Assembly (NCBI GenBank): GCA_963738955.1
Contig: CAVTYW010000015.1
Coordinates: 151,910-215,909, forward strand
Direction: 5' to 3'
Length of the DNA stretch: 64,000 nt
DNA from: Pirellulales bacterium
Lineage (GTDB): Bacteria; Planctomycetota; Planctomycetia; Pirellulales; DATAWG01
In this document: in pieces, positions 29,766 through 40,320 of the stretch
Position numbering within the stretch: position 1 is the stretch's first letter
Layout of the letters: every line of letters begins with the position of its first letter
Notes under the pieces: generated by a model
Told to the model about the DNA's origin: nothing
Databases searched by the model: none
Seen by the model: the letters and a program-made list of their open reading frames with translations, nothing else
Position numbers and translations under genes: made by a program

Positions 29766-31573
29766 TCACTGCCCCCTGCCCCCTGCCCCCTGCCCCCTGC
29801 CTTCGATCTCTACCGTAATCGGCTTCGCGACGACGTAGCCTTTCGCCTTGTCGGTCGCTTTGGCGACGGCTCGGAGCAGGACGGGGCCGGTGCCCAGATT
29901 GTCGGACTCGATCATCAGGTCGCCGTCGGAGCCGCTCAGGCGGCCGATCTGCCGGCTGTCGTGGAAAAACGTGATCCATTCCGTGCCGGGAGCTTTGGCC
30001 GCGATGTGAAGCCGCATTCCCGATCGCAGCTTCATCGGAGAAGCATGCCAATCGCAACTTAATCCATGATTGTCAACCGTGACGTTAAAAATCACTTCGC
30101 CTTGCGATTCGATCGGGCCCGACTCGATGCCGACGACGCGAAGCTCGAGATTGCCGTCGGCCAGTTGCGCCGTGTCGATTTCCAACGTGCCGCCGGTGCC
30201 GCAGCGGGCAACGCGCAAGCCTCCGGCGAATAGCTCGAAGCGATCGACGGCCGGTTCTTTGGTCGGTTCTTTAACAGCCGATCCGGCGGCGGCACGTTTC
30301 CCGGCCGTCGGTTTGAGAATCAGCCGTCCATGCACCGTCGCACGGCTTCGACGCCCGAAACATGGATCACTGGAATCCGCCGCCCACGGCCGGCAGAGCG
30401 GATCGCCGACGATCAGCAATTGATACGGTCCCCACACCGATTGATAAAACGCCTCGGCCAGCGAGCAACCGCGGGCGTAATGGACTTGAATCGCCGGGAC
30501 GGGGAATTTGTTTTGTATCGCGAACGGTTCGCAGACAGTGCCGCTCGATCCGGCAGCGCCGTAGCGAAGGAAGTCGGTCAACGGAGTTTGGCCGGCGCCG
30601 GCGCTGAGCGCGCCGCCGAAGCTGGTGAGATTGTCGACAATTGCGCCGGGCAGGATCGTGCTTTTCGTGTCGGGCCAGCGAATGTCGGCGGAGCCGAGCA
30701 TGGCGCCTTGCACGTCGGACTTTCCTTGCGGAGCCGTGGCATCGAGAATCTCCGCGGCCACGCCCAATTTGCGCAGGTCGGCCACGGCCGCGGCAAAACC
30801 AGGCTGCCGGGTCGTCGAGCGCACGTCGCCGTGCCGCATGTAGTACATCGTTCCCTTGGGCTGCGTGCCGTCGGCGGCGGCGCTGCGATTCAAGTAGCTG
30901 ATCACTTCCGGAATCGAATTCCCCCGTCCGCTGGTCACGGCCAGCATCGTCGAAAGTAAGTAGCTGCTTCCGCCCGATTCGAGCAGTTGGCCCTGCGGTC
31001 CCCAGCCATACCATCCGCGGAAGCCATGCGGTCGAGCCGACGTCCGCCGGAGCGTCGGGCTGCGCGCATGTAGTTGTTCGACTTCAAATTCACGTACTGC
31101 GCCGAGCGGCGCATGACCGGCTGATGGAGATACGTCAGCGCGGTGATCGCGGCGGAAAGAAGCGGTTCCTTGCGTTGCTCCGGCGGCAAGTCGGATGCGA
31201 AATCGATCCGCGTGGGAAAGTCGCTGGAATAAATCACGTAGTCGATTTGCTCGCCGAGCCCGCGCTCGACGGCCGTTTGCAACGCGGGCTCGAGAATCTT
31301 TTGGCGGAACGTGTCGATATCGATCGAGTCGGTGCTGCCGTTCCAATCGAGGTGCAACACATTGCCGGGCGGAACGTGCCGGAGTTGGCAATAGTGATTC
31401 GCGACGGTCAGCGACGCATCGCTGTGGGCATTGACCACCAGCAGCACATTTTCCGGCCCGCCGCCGGCTTCGAGGCGCGACGGAAACGCCGAGTAGACAA
31501 GCGCGAAGGCGGCAACGGCCCAGGAAACCGCCCAAAGCGGAAGCGAACGGTTGCGCGGAGCCGATGCCCGCAT
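29766..31573 (-). CDS. Secreted hypothetical protein, one frame break near 31060
   Basis: The ATG at 31573 gives [31 protein letters not shown] (signal peptide), then [35 protein letters not shown]. Track ORFs 30935..33082 (tail) and 29766..31535 join near NNYMRA|SPTLRR. It possibly belongs to a conserved uncharacterised family (TIGR03790-like, from memory, low confidence). Confidence 0.6.
29769..29801. repeat. Heptamer tandem array CTGCCCC x4 (GGGGGCA x4 on the minus strand, forming the last codons of the upstream gene)
   Basis: CCCCC runs at 29772, 29779, 29786 and 29793. On the minus strand the array encodes ...[12 protein letters not shown] of the 29766..31573 gene. Confidence 0.9.
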
Positions 31574-31637
31574 GGCGATCGTTGCGTGCAGGACAGTGCT
31601 GATTTTCGGCCTGTCTTGTTCGGGTAGAGTTGGCTTG

Positions 31638-32818
31638 CTACTGAGGAACCGAGATATTCTCGTGCCCGGCGCGGGTCGCCATTCCGGCCCAAACGGTCGG
31701 GTCGATGGAATCGTTGAATTTATGCGTCGAGCCATCGGCAAAACCGACGGTGACGAAGTTCGCCGAATGATTGCTCGCGCCGCGGCGATCCAGTTGTTGG
31801 CGGTGCCGTCTTGGGTTGCCTGCAACTGACTCTGTGGCAGAAGCTGGCTGTTGTCGACGCTGGGAAGATCGTCTTTCAGGCTCGTATTTGGGATATGCAC
31901 CGTGGCCGGGTTGACGACGCCATTGGAAACCGTCGCGCCGACGGAAAATGCCGAGGCGCCCATCGCGGCCCAAGTCCAAGCGCCGCGCATATCAGTTTTC
32001 GAATCCACGCCGACGATTTCACTGATCATCATCGTGTTCGATTGGCCGTCGAGCACGTCCTCGGCTCGCACGCCGAACCGGGAGCCGAGCTTGCCGCGGC
32101 CGGTTTGCTGCCCGCCCGAGGAGGTGAACGGCAGGGCGGCGACGTCGAACATGCCGCCGCTCGTGCCGACATACGCGCTTTGTGCGATCGGGTTCCAAGT
32201 GCCGAGACCCCAATTGCCGGCGTAATTTCCTTTGGCGATTCCACCCGTCATTCCGGCCCCGGTGAACGGAGCCAGATTGTCGCCGCCGTCGGGGCACTTG
32301 TAAGTTTCCGGCACGATCGGGTGACTTTGTGCATCCAGACCGATGCCGGTCCAAGAAACGCCGTTGCCGCTATTCGTGCCGTTGACGCCGCAGCTCGAGC
32401 AGGCGTTCGAGGGATTATTCGTGTCGAGGCACGTGAGCAGATTGTTATACATCGCCGAATTGTCCATTTGAGGCAAGATAGCCACCGCCCAATTCGGTCC
32501 GCAGCATGTGCAAGCCTGGGGCGTGCTGCTCGAAGCGCCGCCGACGTAGGCATAAAGTTGCGTTTGCGAAATTGGGCTGGATTGCGACGGCGATTGGCAA
32601 GACGGAAGCCCGGGCGGGTAGCAATTGTTGGCCGCGTGAAAGCTCTGCAGCGCGGTGCAGATCTGTCGATTGTTGTTCAAGCATTGCGTCAGCCGCGCAG
32701 CCTCGCGCACCGCTTGAACGGCCGGCAGCAGCAACGACATCAAGATGCCGATGATCGAAATCACCACCAGCAGTTCCACCAACGTAAACCCGCTCGAATT
32801 CAATTTCGCCTTGCGCAT
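31638..32818 (-). CDS. DUF1559 protein with prepilin-type N-terminus (Cys-rich paralog 3), one frame break near 31778
   Basis: The ATG at 32818 gives [46 protein letters not shown]. The C-terminus ...[28 protein letters not shown]... is recovered in track ORF 31638..31979. Confidence 0.75.
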
Positions 32819-33395
32819 TGCTCGAATCCCCCAAGATTTCGGTGCTTCCGCAGCCCTGATGCTCGCACCGTCAAAGACCAACTTGCGAACCGGCCAAGCC
32901 GGCCGCTTCCGCCGATCCAACGTTCGTTCCCAGCAGGTTCCATGGCCGAGCGGGCGCGGCGAATGCCGGACCGTCGTCCAATATGCTTCAACATAAGGCC
33001 CCGCGACAAGCAATACAAGAGTTTCTCTTTTCGATCCGCCGTTTACAAAACGCATCGACCGAGAATCGTCGCCCGGGGGCATTCCTCACCGATAATCGCA
33101 GCCGACGCTTGCACGATCGTTATAATTACTAGGATTCGCGGGAAACTGCGTTAAATCCGCCCAAGGAATACTATTTGCGGACCTAGACTTACCAATCGGC
33201 CGCACCATAGATTGAAGGTTGAACGGATTCAAGCGCAGGGGACAGACTTGTCACCCAGGGGGACGGAGTTCGCGCCGGGGGCGCGCGAGTAGCTGAAAGC
33301 CCAAGGAAGGCGGCCGACGATTTCTCAATTGAGTAAGATCGTTCGACCGTCTTCCCTGGGCTTGGACTTGAAACCGTTGCAAGCGAAGCTGATTT

Positions 33396-33956
33396 ATGCC
33401 GATTCTTGCCCGAGAAACCGATATTTTTCCAGAGCATTTGCTCGATCCGGCCGACGGAATCGCGACGAATCCCGGGCCCTGGTGGGCCCTTTACACGCTG
33501 CCGCGGCGCGAAAAGGAGTTGATGCGCAGGCTGCGCGCCTGGGAAGTGCCGTTTTATTCGCCGATCATCGAGAGGCGCAAACAATCGCCCCAGGGCCGAA
33601 TTCGGAAGTCGTATGTGCCGCTGTTCGGCAGTTACGTCTTCCTCTGCGGCGGGGAAGAGCAACGCCATCGCGCGTTGACGACCAACTGCGTGTCGCGATG
33701 CCTTGTCGTGCCCGACAGCAGCCGGCTGGTGGAAGACCTGCGGCAAATTCGCCGGCTGATTCTCGCCGACGTGCCGCTTTCGCCGGAGTCGAGAATCCAA
33801 CCGGGAACGCCGGTTCGAGTGCGGTCGGGATCGCTGATGGGCGTCGAAGGCGTCGTCGTGCGCCGGCAGAACAAAGAACGGCTTCTGGTTGCAGTCCGGT
33901 TCTTGCAACAAGGGGCATCGCTATTGCTTGAGGATTTTCAGGTCGAGCCGATTTGA
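33396..33956 (+). CDS. NusG-family specialised paralog (UpxY/RfaH-like antiterminator candidate)
   Basis: The NGN-like WWALYTLPRREKELMRRLRAWEVPFYSPII... and SYVFLCG are followed by the KOW-like PGTPVRVRSGSLMGVEGVVVRR. The gene is 186 aa and sits at the head of the glycan locus. Confidence 0.75.
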   Translation: MPILARETDIFPEHLLDPADGIATNPGPWWALYTLPRREKELMRRLRAWEVPFYSPIIERRKQSPQGRIRKSYVPLFGSYVFLCGGEEQRHRALTTNCVSRCLVVPDSSRLVEDLRQIRRLILADVPLSPESRIQPGTPVRVRSGSLMGVEGVVVRRQNKERLLVAVRFLQQGASLLLEDFQVEPI

Positions 33957-34235
33957 GTGAATCGCATCAACTTCGAACGCTCGGCAAACCGAGCGACGCT
34001 AGCATGACGATTGCAGTATGGCGCGTTTGTCCAGGTGGACCTTTTCACCCCCTGAAAGATAAGCGTGGCGAGTCTACTTGGTTCGTTGACTCGCCGTCGA
34101 GTGCCATTATGCTGAAAGTTACGGTTCGCGGCCTACGGCCGGCGCGGCAACGGATTTGGTTGCAGTCGGCGTATCGCGCGGGGACAATGAAAGCTGCCAT
34201 GATTCAAGTCGGCCTCGTCTGCTTGCTCGGAACGA

Positions 34236-36196
34236 ATGATTAAAGGCCGAATCACGCCCCGTTGGTACATCTGGCGATCGATTCTCGTCGTCGGTGTTCA
34301 CTTATTGGCTTTCACCGCCGCCTATCTGTTGGCGTTCGCGCTGAAGTTCAATTTTCCACTAGAACCCCGAGAAGCCATTGCCCTGGGTCTGACGTTGCCG
34401 GGCGTGCTGATGATCAAGGCCCTGGTGTTTTATCTGACGGGCCAATATCGGCTGTCGTGGCAAAGCGTCACGTTTTCCGATCTGGCGTCGCTGATAAAAG
34501 CGGCCACCTTGTCGCTGCTGGCGATCTTCGTGCTGTATTACCTCGTCGAGCCGAATCGCACGCTCGGCCGGGCGATCCCGCTGCTCGACTGGATGATGAC
34601 GATTTTGATTCTCGGCGCGTTGCGGGCGTTTCATCGCATGTCGCGTGAGGAGATACGGTTTTTCTACCGGCCTTCCGACGCGCGCAAAGCACTGATCGTC
34701 GGCGCGAATCAATCGGGCCACAATTTGGCCCGGCATCTGTACACCGCCGAGCCGCCGCAATACCTGGTCCTCGGGTTCCTCGATACGGATGTCAAGCGAT
34801 TTGGATCGCTTCATGCCGGATTGCCGGTGCTCGGCTCTCCCGAACAGGGGCCGAAAATCGCCGTGCGGTTGGACGTGCAGGAAGTTCTCGTGATGTCGGG
34901 CAGTCTGACGGGCAAGGAGTTGCGGCAATTGATGGAAGGCTGCGCGCAGGTCGATGTGACGCTGAAGGTCATCCCGGCGTTGGAAGACCTCGTGGCGGGC
35001 GACTTTTCGGTGCAGATTCGCGACGTCGATATCAACGACCTGCTGCGCCGCGAGCCGGTGCAACTGAACAGCGATGCGATCAGCACGCTGCTGGAAGGAC
35101 GAACCGTGCTGGTGACCGGCGCCGGCGGCAGCATCGGCTCGGAAATTTGCCGGCAGGTGCTCGAGTTCCGTCCGAGCCGACTGGTGCTGGTCGAACGGGC
35201 CGAAAACAGTCTGTTTCTCATCGAGCAGGAATTGCTCCGATCGAAGACCGAGACGGCGATCATTCGCTTGCATCGCCGACATCACCGACGCGGCGCGGAT
35301 CGACCAGATTTTCGCGGAGCATCAGCCGGCCGTCGTGTTCCACGCCGCGGCGCACAAGCACGTGCCGATGATGGAATCGAATCCCGGCGAGGCGATCAAG
35401 AACAACGTGCTCGGCACGCAGCAACTGGCCGAGTTGGCCGACGCATCACGGCGTGCAGGAGTTCGTCATGATCTCGACCGACAAGGCGGTCAATCCGACG
35501 AGCGTGATGGGCGTGTCGAAGCAAATTGCCGAGCGGTTCGTGCATGCGTTTTCCGAAGTGGCGACGACGAAGTTCGTCGTCGTGCGGTTCGGCAACGTGC
35601 TGGCCTCGACCGGCAGCGTCGTGCCGATCTTCCAGGAGCAGATCCGCCGCGGCGGTCCGATCACCGTCACGCATCCGGAGATCGAACGCTTCTTCATGAC
35701 GATTCCCGAGGCCTCGCAGTTGGTGCTGCAGGCGGCCGCGATGGGCAAGGGAGGCGAGATCTTCGTGCTCGACATGGGCGAATCGGTGCGAATCGTCGAT
35801 CTGGCCCACGACCTGATCCGCCTGTCGGGCCTGGAGCCCGACGACATCGAGATCGTTTTCACCGGCCTGCGTCCGGGCGAGAAGCTCTACGAGGAATTGT
35901 ATTTCGACGACGAAGAAATGCTTCCGACGCCGCATCCCAAACTGTTCGTGGCTTATCATCGACCTTATCATTTGGCGGAAGTCAATGGCTTGATCGAAGG
36001 CCTGGCGGCGACTGTTCACGAGCCGTCGGAAGTCGTTTGCCGGCGCTTGCGCGAATTGGTTCCCGAATATGTCCCGCCGGCGGACGAGCAATCGGCGGAG
36101 CTGCAAGCGGCTCATTCGCGGCCGATCGTCGAATCGGCCAACGGCAGCGGCCACGCGGCGGAATCGACGACTTCGGATTCTGGCCGCCAATCGTGA
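34236..36196 (+). CDS. Membrane-bound polysaccharide biosynthesis protein CapD/PglF/WbpM-type (NDP-sugar 4,6-dehydratase family), two frame breaks (~35271, ~35446)
   Basis: N-terminal TM helices, then [58 protein letters not shown] and FFMTIPEA. The parts lie in track ORFs 34236.., 35335.. and 35453..36196. Confidence 0.8.
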
Positions 36197-36231
36197 CCCA
36201 ACCGTCGATCTTGTCCGGTGCGATTGAAGAA

Positions 36232-37275
36232 ATGTCGCGGCGAGTATTGATCGCCGGATACGGATCCGTCGGCCGGAGGCACGTGCGAAATCTACAGTCG
36301 CTCGGCTACTCCCAACTGATGTTTTTTAGAACTCGTCGCGGCACGATGCCGGACGACAATGCGTCGCAGAATGGCAAGTCGGCATGGCCCGAGGTTGACG
36401 AATTGGAGGCCGCGTGGTCGCAACGGCCGCGAATCGCCGTGATCTCGAATCCGAGTGCGTCGCATATTGGAGTTGCGTTGGCCGCGGCTCGGAATGGCTG
36501 CGATTTGTTCATCGAGAAACCGTTGTCCGATTCGCTTAACGGCTGCGAGGAGCTGGCCGAAATCGTTCGGCAAAAAAATCTCGTGGCGATGATCGGTTGC
36601 CAATACCGATTTCATCCGCTGCTCGTTCGCTTGCGCCAGCGATTGGCGGCCGGCGAACTGGGGCCGATCGTGGGGGCGCGAGCCGAGTGGGGCGAGTATT
36701 TGCCCGACTGGCATCCTTGGGAGGATCATCGGAAAAGTTATAGCGCCCGAGCCGACATGGGGGGCGGCGTCGTGCTGACGCTCATCCATCCGCTCGATTA
36801 TTTGTATTGGCTGTTCGGCCCAGCCGATCGGGTACATGCCTCGACGCGCGCGATCGCTTCGCTGCAAACTCCGGCCGGCGAGGATTGGGCCGAGATTACG
36901 ATCGATTTTCGCTCGGGCGTCGTCGGGCAAGTTCACCTCGACTATTTGCAACGTCCCGCGGTCCATCGTCTGACGGTTTGGGGCGAGCGCGGTCGAGTGG
37001 AATGGGACTATCATGCCGGCACGCTTCGTTGGGAGACCGTCGCCGCGACAGGTCCGAATAGTGCATCGGCGATCGACGGGGATTCAACCGTCACAATCGA
37101 ACACGTTCCGGCCGGTTTCGAACGCAATACGATATTCCTCGACGAAATGCGACATTTCCTGAACTGCGTCGAGAGCCGCGAAACCCCCGCCGTTCCGTTG
37201 GCCGACGGCATCGCCGTGTTGGAAATGGCGTTGGCAGCGAAGCAAAGTGCCCGGGAAGCGACTCGACATGCCTAA
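36232..37275 (+). CDS. Gfo/Idh/MocA-family oxidoreductase
   Basis: The ATG at 36232 gives MSRRVLIAGYGSVGRRHVRNL (Rossmann fold). CDLFIEKPL is the family EKP motif. Confidence 0.8.
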   Translation: MSRRVLIAGYGSVGRRHVRNLQSLGYSQLMFFRTRRGTMPDDNASQNGKSAWPEVDELEAAWSQRPRIAVISNPSASHIGVALAAARNGCDLFIEKPLSDSLNGCEELAEIVRQKNLVAMIGCQYRFHPLLVRLRQRLAAGELGPIVGARAEWGEYLPDWHPWEDHRKSYSARADMGGGVVLTLIHPLDYLYWLFGPADRVHASTRAIASLQTPAGEDWAEITIDFRSGVVGQVHLDYLQRPAVHRLTVWGERGRVEWDYHAGTLRWETVAATGPNSASAIDGDSTVTIEHVPAGFERNTIFLDEMRHFLNCVESRETPAVPLADGIAVLEMALAAKQSAREATRHA

Positions 37276-38114
37276 TCCGCCCTCGAATTCGCTGCCGTCG
37301 CTCTTCGATCTGACCGGCCGCGTCGTGATCCTGACCGGCGGCGCCGGCCTGCTGGGCAAGCAGTATACGCGGGCCCTGCTCAGCGCCGGGGCGCGAGTTG
37401 TCGTCGCCGATTTGCAAGCCGAGGCGGCAATCGCGGCGGCTCGTGCGGCCGCTGATGAAATGGGGGGCGAGTCGCTGGGCATCGGTGTCGATGTCACGCG
37501 GAACGACGACGTCGAGCGGATGGTTGCCGCGGTGCTCGACCGCTGGGGGCGCATCGACATCCTGGTGAACAACGCCGCCATCGATCCGAAATTCGACGCC
37601 GGTGTCGCCCAGCAGCAAGCCAACACGTTCGAGGAATATCCGCTCGCGCTGTGGCAGCAATCTCTGGATGTCAACTTGACGGGCGCATTTCTCTGCTGCC
37701 AGGCCGTCGGCCGGGCGATGGTGCGACAAAAGCGTGGAGTGATCGTGAACGTGAGCTCCACGTATGGCGTCGTCGCGCCCGATCAACGGCTTTATCAACG
37801 CGACGACGAAGCGGAGCAAACGCTGTTCAAGCCGGCCGCGTATGCCGTGACCAAAGCCGGCATCGCTCATTTCACCCGTTACCTGGCAACGTATTGGGCT
37901 GCCGACGGAATTCGCGTGAACACATTGACGCCGCATGGAATTTACAACGCCCAAGACGAGCAATTCGTTCGCCGCTACAACGAGCGCTGCCCGATGGGAC
38001 GCATGGCGACGGGTTGACGAAATGAACGGCCCGCTGCTGTTCTTGGCATCCGATGCTTCGTCGTACATGACCGGTTCCAATCTGGTTGTCGATGGAGGTT
38101 GGACCGCGTGGTAG
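37268..38114 (+). CDS. Short-chain dehydrogenase/reductase (SDR), frame break near 38012
   Basis: [18 protein letters not shown] and [16 protein letters not shown] (YxxxK). The C-terminus [27 protein letters not shown] is recovered in the next frame. Confidence 0.75.
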
Positions 38115-39410
38115 ATCGGCCGGAAGTGTTGGCGATCGTGCAAGCTCGCGGGGGCTCGAAGGGGCTGCCGCGCAAGAACGTGTTGCCGCTCGGCGGTCAT
38201 CCGCTGGTGGCATACAGCATTGCCAGCGGTCTCGCCTCCGAATCGATCACGCGCTTGATCGTGTCGACCGACGACGACGAGATCGCGGCGGTCGCTGAGC
38301 GATATGGCGCGGAGATTCCGTTTCGCCGGCCCGCGGATTTGGCGGCCGACGATACGCCCGACTATCCGTTGTTCGTCCATGCGCTGGATTGGCTCGAACG
38401 CGAGGAAAACTACCGGCCCGACGTGGTTGTGCAACTGCGGCCGACGACTCCGCTTCGTCCGCATGGATTGTTGGACGAGGCAGTGCGGATGTTGTTGAAC
38501 GACCCGCGGGCGGATTGCGTCCGCGGAGTGACGATCCCCAAGCAGACGCCCTACAAAATGTGGCGCGACGCGGCCGATGGCTATCTGGCTGCCGTTGATG
38601 GACACCGGTTTTCCAGAGCCCTACAACATGCCGCGGCAAAAACTGCCGGCCGCGTATTGGCAGACGGGCCACGTCGACGCCATCCGCGCCACCTCCATTC
38701 GTCAAAAGCATTCCCTTACCGGCGATCATGTTCGACCGGTGTTAATTGAGCTAAGTTACTGCGTCGATATCGATACTTTGGCCGATTTCGAATTGGCCCA
38801 GCAAGTGATCGATCGCAAGCATTTGCAAATCGACATGCCTTGCCCGCTCGATGGCCGACAGCGACGGCAATGGCCCGCGTTGGTCGATTTGGTTGTGTTC
38901 GATTTCGACGGCGTGATGACCGACAACCGGGTGTTGGTGTTCGACGACGGCGGCGAGGCGGTGCTCTGCGATCGCAGCGACGGCCTGGGCGTGTCGATGC
39001 TCCGCAAGCGAGGCCTGGAGATGGCGGTGCTGTCGACGGAGACGCATCCGGTCGTCGAAGCACGGTGCCGTAAACTCGGCATCGCTTGCCGCCAAGGTCT
39101 GGCCGACAAGCAAGCGGCGCTCGTGGCTTTGGTTCGCGAACGAAAGGTCGGCCTGGAAAACACGATTTACGTCGGCAACGACGTGAACGATCTTGGCTGT
39201 TTTGAATCGGCGGGGTTTGCGATTGCCGTCGCCGACGCGCATCCAAGCGCCTTGGCGCGAGCCGATTTCGTGTTGTCGCGGCCGGGGGGCCAAGGGGCCG
39301 TGCGCGAGTTGTGTGATTTGTTGTTGAAAATGTGCCTGCGGAAAGAAGCGGCATGTGTCCATCCTGCAAACTGTGAAAACGGAAAAAGCGAGAACGGCAA
39401 CAATGCCTAG
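38099..39410 (+). CDS. Fusion: acylneuraminate (nonulosonate) cytidylyltransferase + KdsC-type HAD phosphatase; frame break near 38580
   Basis: The N-terminal [31 protein letters not shown] is CMP-NulO synthetase type. The C-terminal half has [12 protein letters not shown]..., VGNDVNDL and [34 protein letters not shown]. That half is collinear with E. coli KdsC as I recall it. Confidence 0.8.
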
Positions 39411-40299
39411 AACGATCGAACTCGGGGGCCGGCCGGTCGGCGCCGGAGAGCCCGTCTATGTGATCGCCGAAATCGGCATCAACCATAACGGCAGCCTGGA
39501 GATCGCGCAAGCGGCTGATCGACCTGGCCAAGGCGAGCGGCTGCGACGCGGTCAAGTTCCAGAAACGAACGCCGGAGAAGTGCGTGCCCGCGGAAATGCG
39601 CGACAAGATGCGCGACACACCCTGGGGCTACATTTCCTACATGGATTATCGCTACAAGATCGAATTCGGCCGCGACGAATTCCAGCAAATCGACAACTAT
39701 TGCCGGGCCCAGAAGATCGCCTGGTTCGTGTCGTGCTGGGATACCGATTCGGTTGCGTTTCATCGAAGCAATTCAATACGCCCTGTCTGAAGATTCCGTC
39801 GGCGTCGCTGACCGATCGGGAATTGCTGGAAGCGGTTCGCGCGACCGGCCGGCCGATGATGCTTTCGACCGGCATGTCGTCGATGGAGCAAATCGAGACG
39901 GCCGTCGGTGTGTTGGGCACTGATCGGCTGCTGTTGGCTCATGCCACAAGCACGTATCCGTGCCCAAAGGAAGAATTGAACCTGCGAATGATCACCACGT
40001 TGCTGAACCGCTACGATTGCCCGATCGGATATTCGGGCCACGAAGTCGGACTGGCGACGACCGTCGCGGCGATTGCCTTGGGCGCGTCGTTCATCGAGCG
40101 CCATATCACGCTCGATCGAGCGATGTGGGGCAGCGATCAGGCGGCTTCAATCGAGCCGCAAGGCTTGAAGCGATTGGTGAAAGACATCCGCAACGTGGAG
40201 AGCGCGTTCGGTGACGGCCGCAAACAGGTTTATCCCAGCGAAGTCATCGCCGCCAGCCGCCTGCGATTGAAAGATACGCTCGGGGCAAAAAAGAAGTAA
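39403..40299 (+). CDS. NeuB-family nonulosonate (sialic-acid-type) synthase; central ~260 nt out of frame (breaks ~39510 and ~39770)
   Basis: The ATG at 39403 gives [35 protein letters not shown]... The middle segment is recovered in track ORF 39584..39790 (RDTPWGYISYMDYRYKIEF...AWFVSCWD). Further on come CLKIPSASLTD, MLSTGMS and GYSGHE. No SAF-type C-terminal domain is evident. Confidence 0.8.
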   Translation: MPRTIELGGRPVGAGEPVYVIAEIGINHNGSLEIAQAADRPGQGERLRRGQVPETNAGEVRARGNARQDARHTLGLHFLHGLSLQDRIRPRRIPANRQLLPGPEDRLVRVVLGYRFGCVSSKQFNTPCLKIPSASLTDRELLEAVRATGRPMMLSTGMSSMEQIETAVGVLGTDRLLLAHATSTYPCPKEELNLRMITTLLNRYDCPIGYSGHEVGLATTVAAIALGASFIERHITLDRAMWGSDQAASIEPQGLKRLVKDIRNVESAFGDGRKQVYPSEVIAASRLRLKDTLGAKKK

Positions 40300-40320
40300 C
40301 GCGCCGAGCGGCGCCGGCTC

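Noticed and set aside
29699-29801. CRISPR-like or coding interpretation of the heptamer arrays (here and at 360-394, 63053-63087)
   Set aside because: The units are 7 nt with no spacers, so they are not CRISPR. The [12 protein letters not shown]-terminal extension of tadA (track start 29735) is more simply an artefact of translating the repeat. The ATG at 29690 already gives a TadA-like N-terminus.
33109-33126. Perfect TATAAT box at 33121-33126 as the operon promoter
   Set aside because: The only TTG-type hexamer nearby (TTGCAC, 33109-33114) is 6 nt away, not 16-18 nt. A -10 hexamer alone in a relatively AT-richer spacer is insufficient, so it was not listed as a feature.
37091-38605. Long minus-strand ORFs opposite the glycan operon (37091..38605, 40147..41487, 48802..50079, 51224..52453, 15618..16568, 13234..14160, 35396..36190)
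   Set aside because: All are antisense to + strand genes with clear family motifs. Their translations are Arg/Ala/Pro/Gly-rich with no recognisable domains. Stop-poor GC-rich antisense frames are expected.
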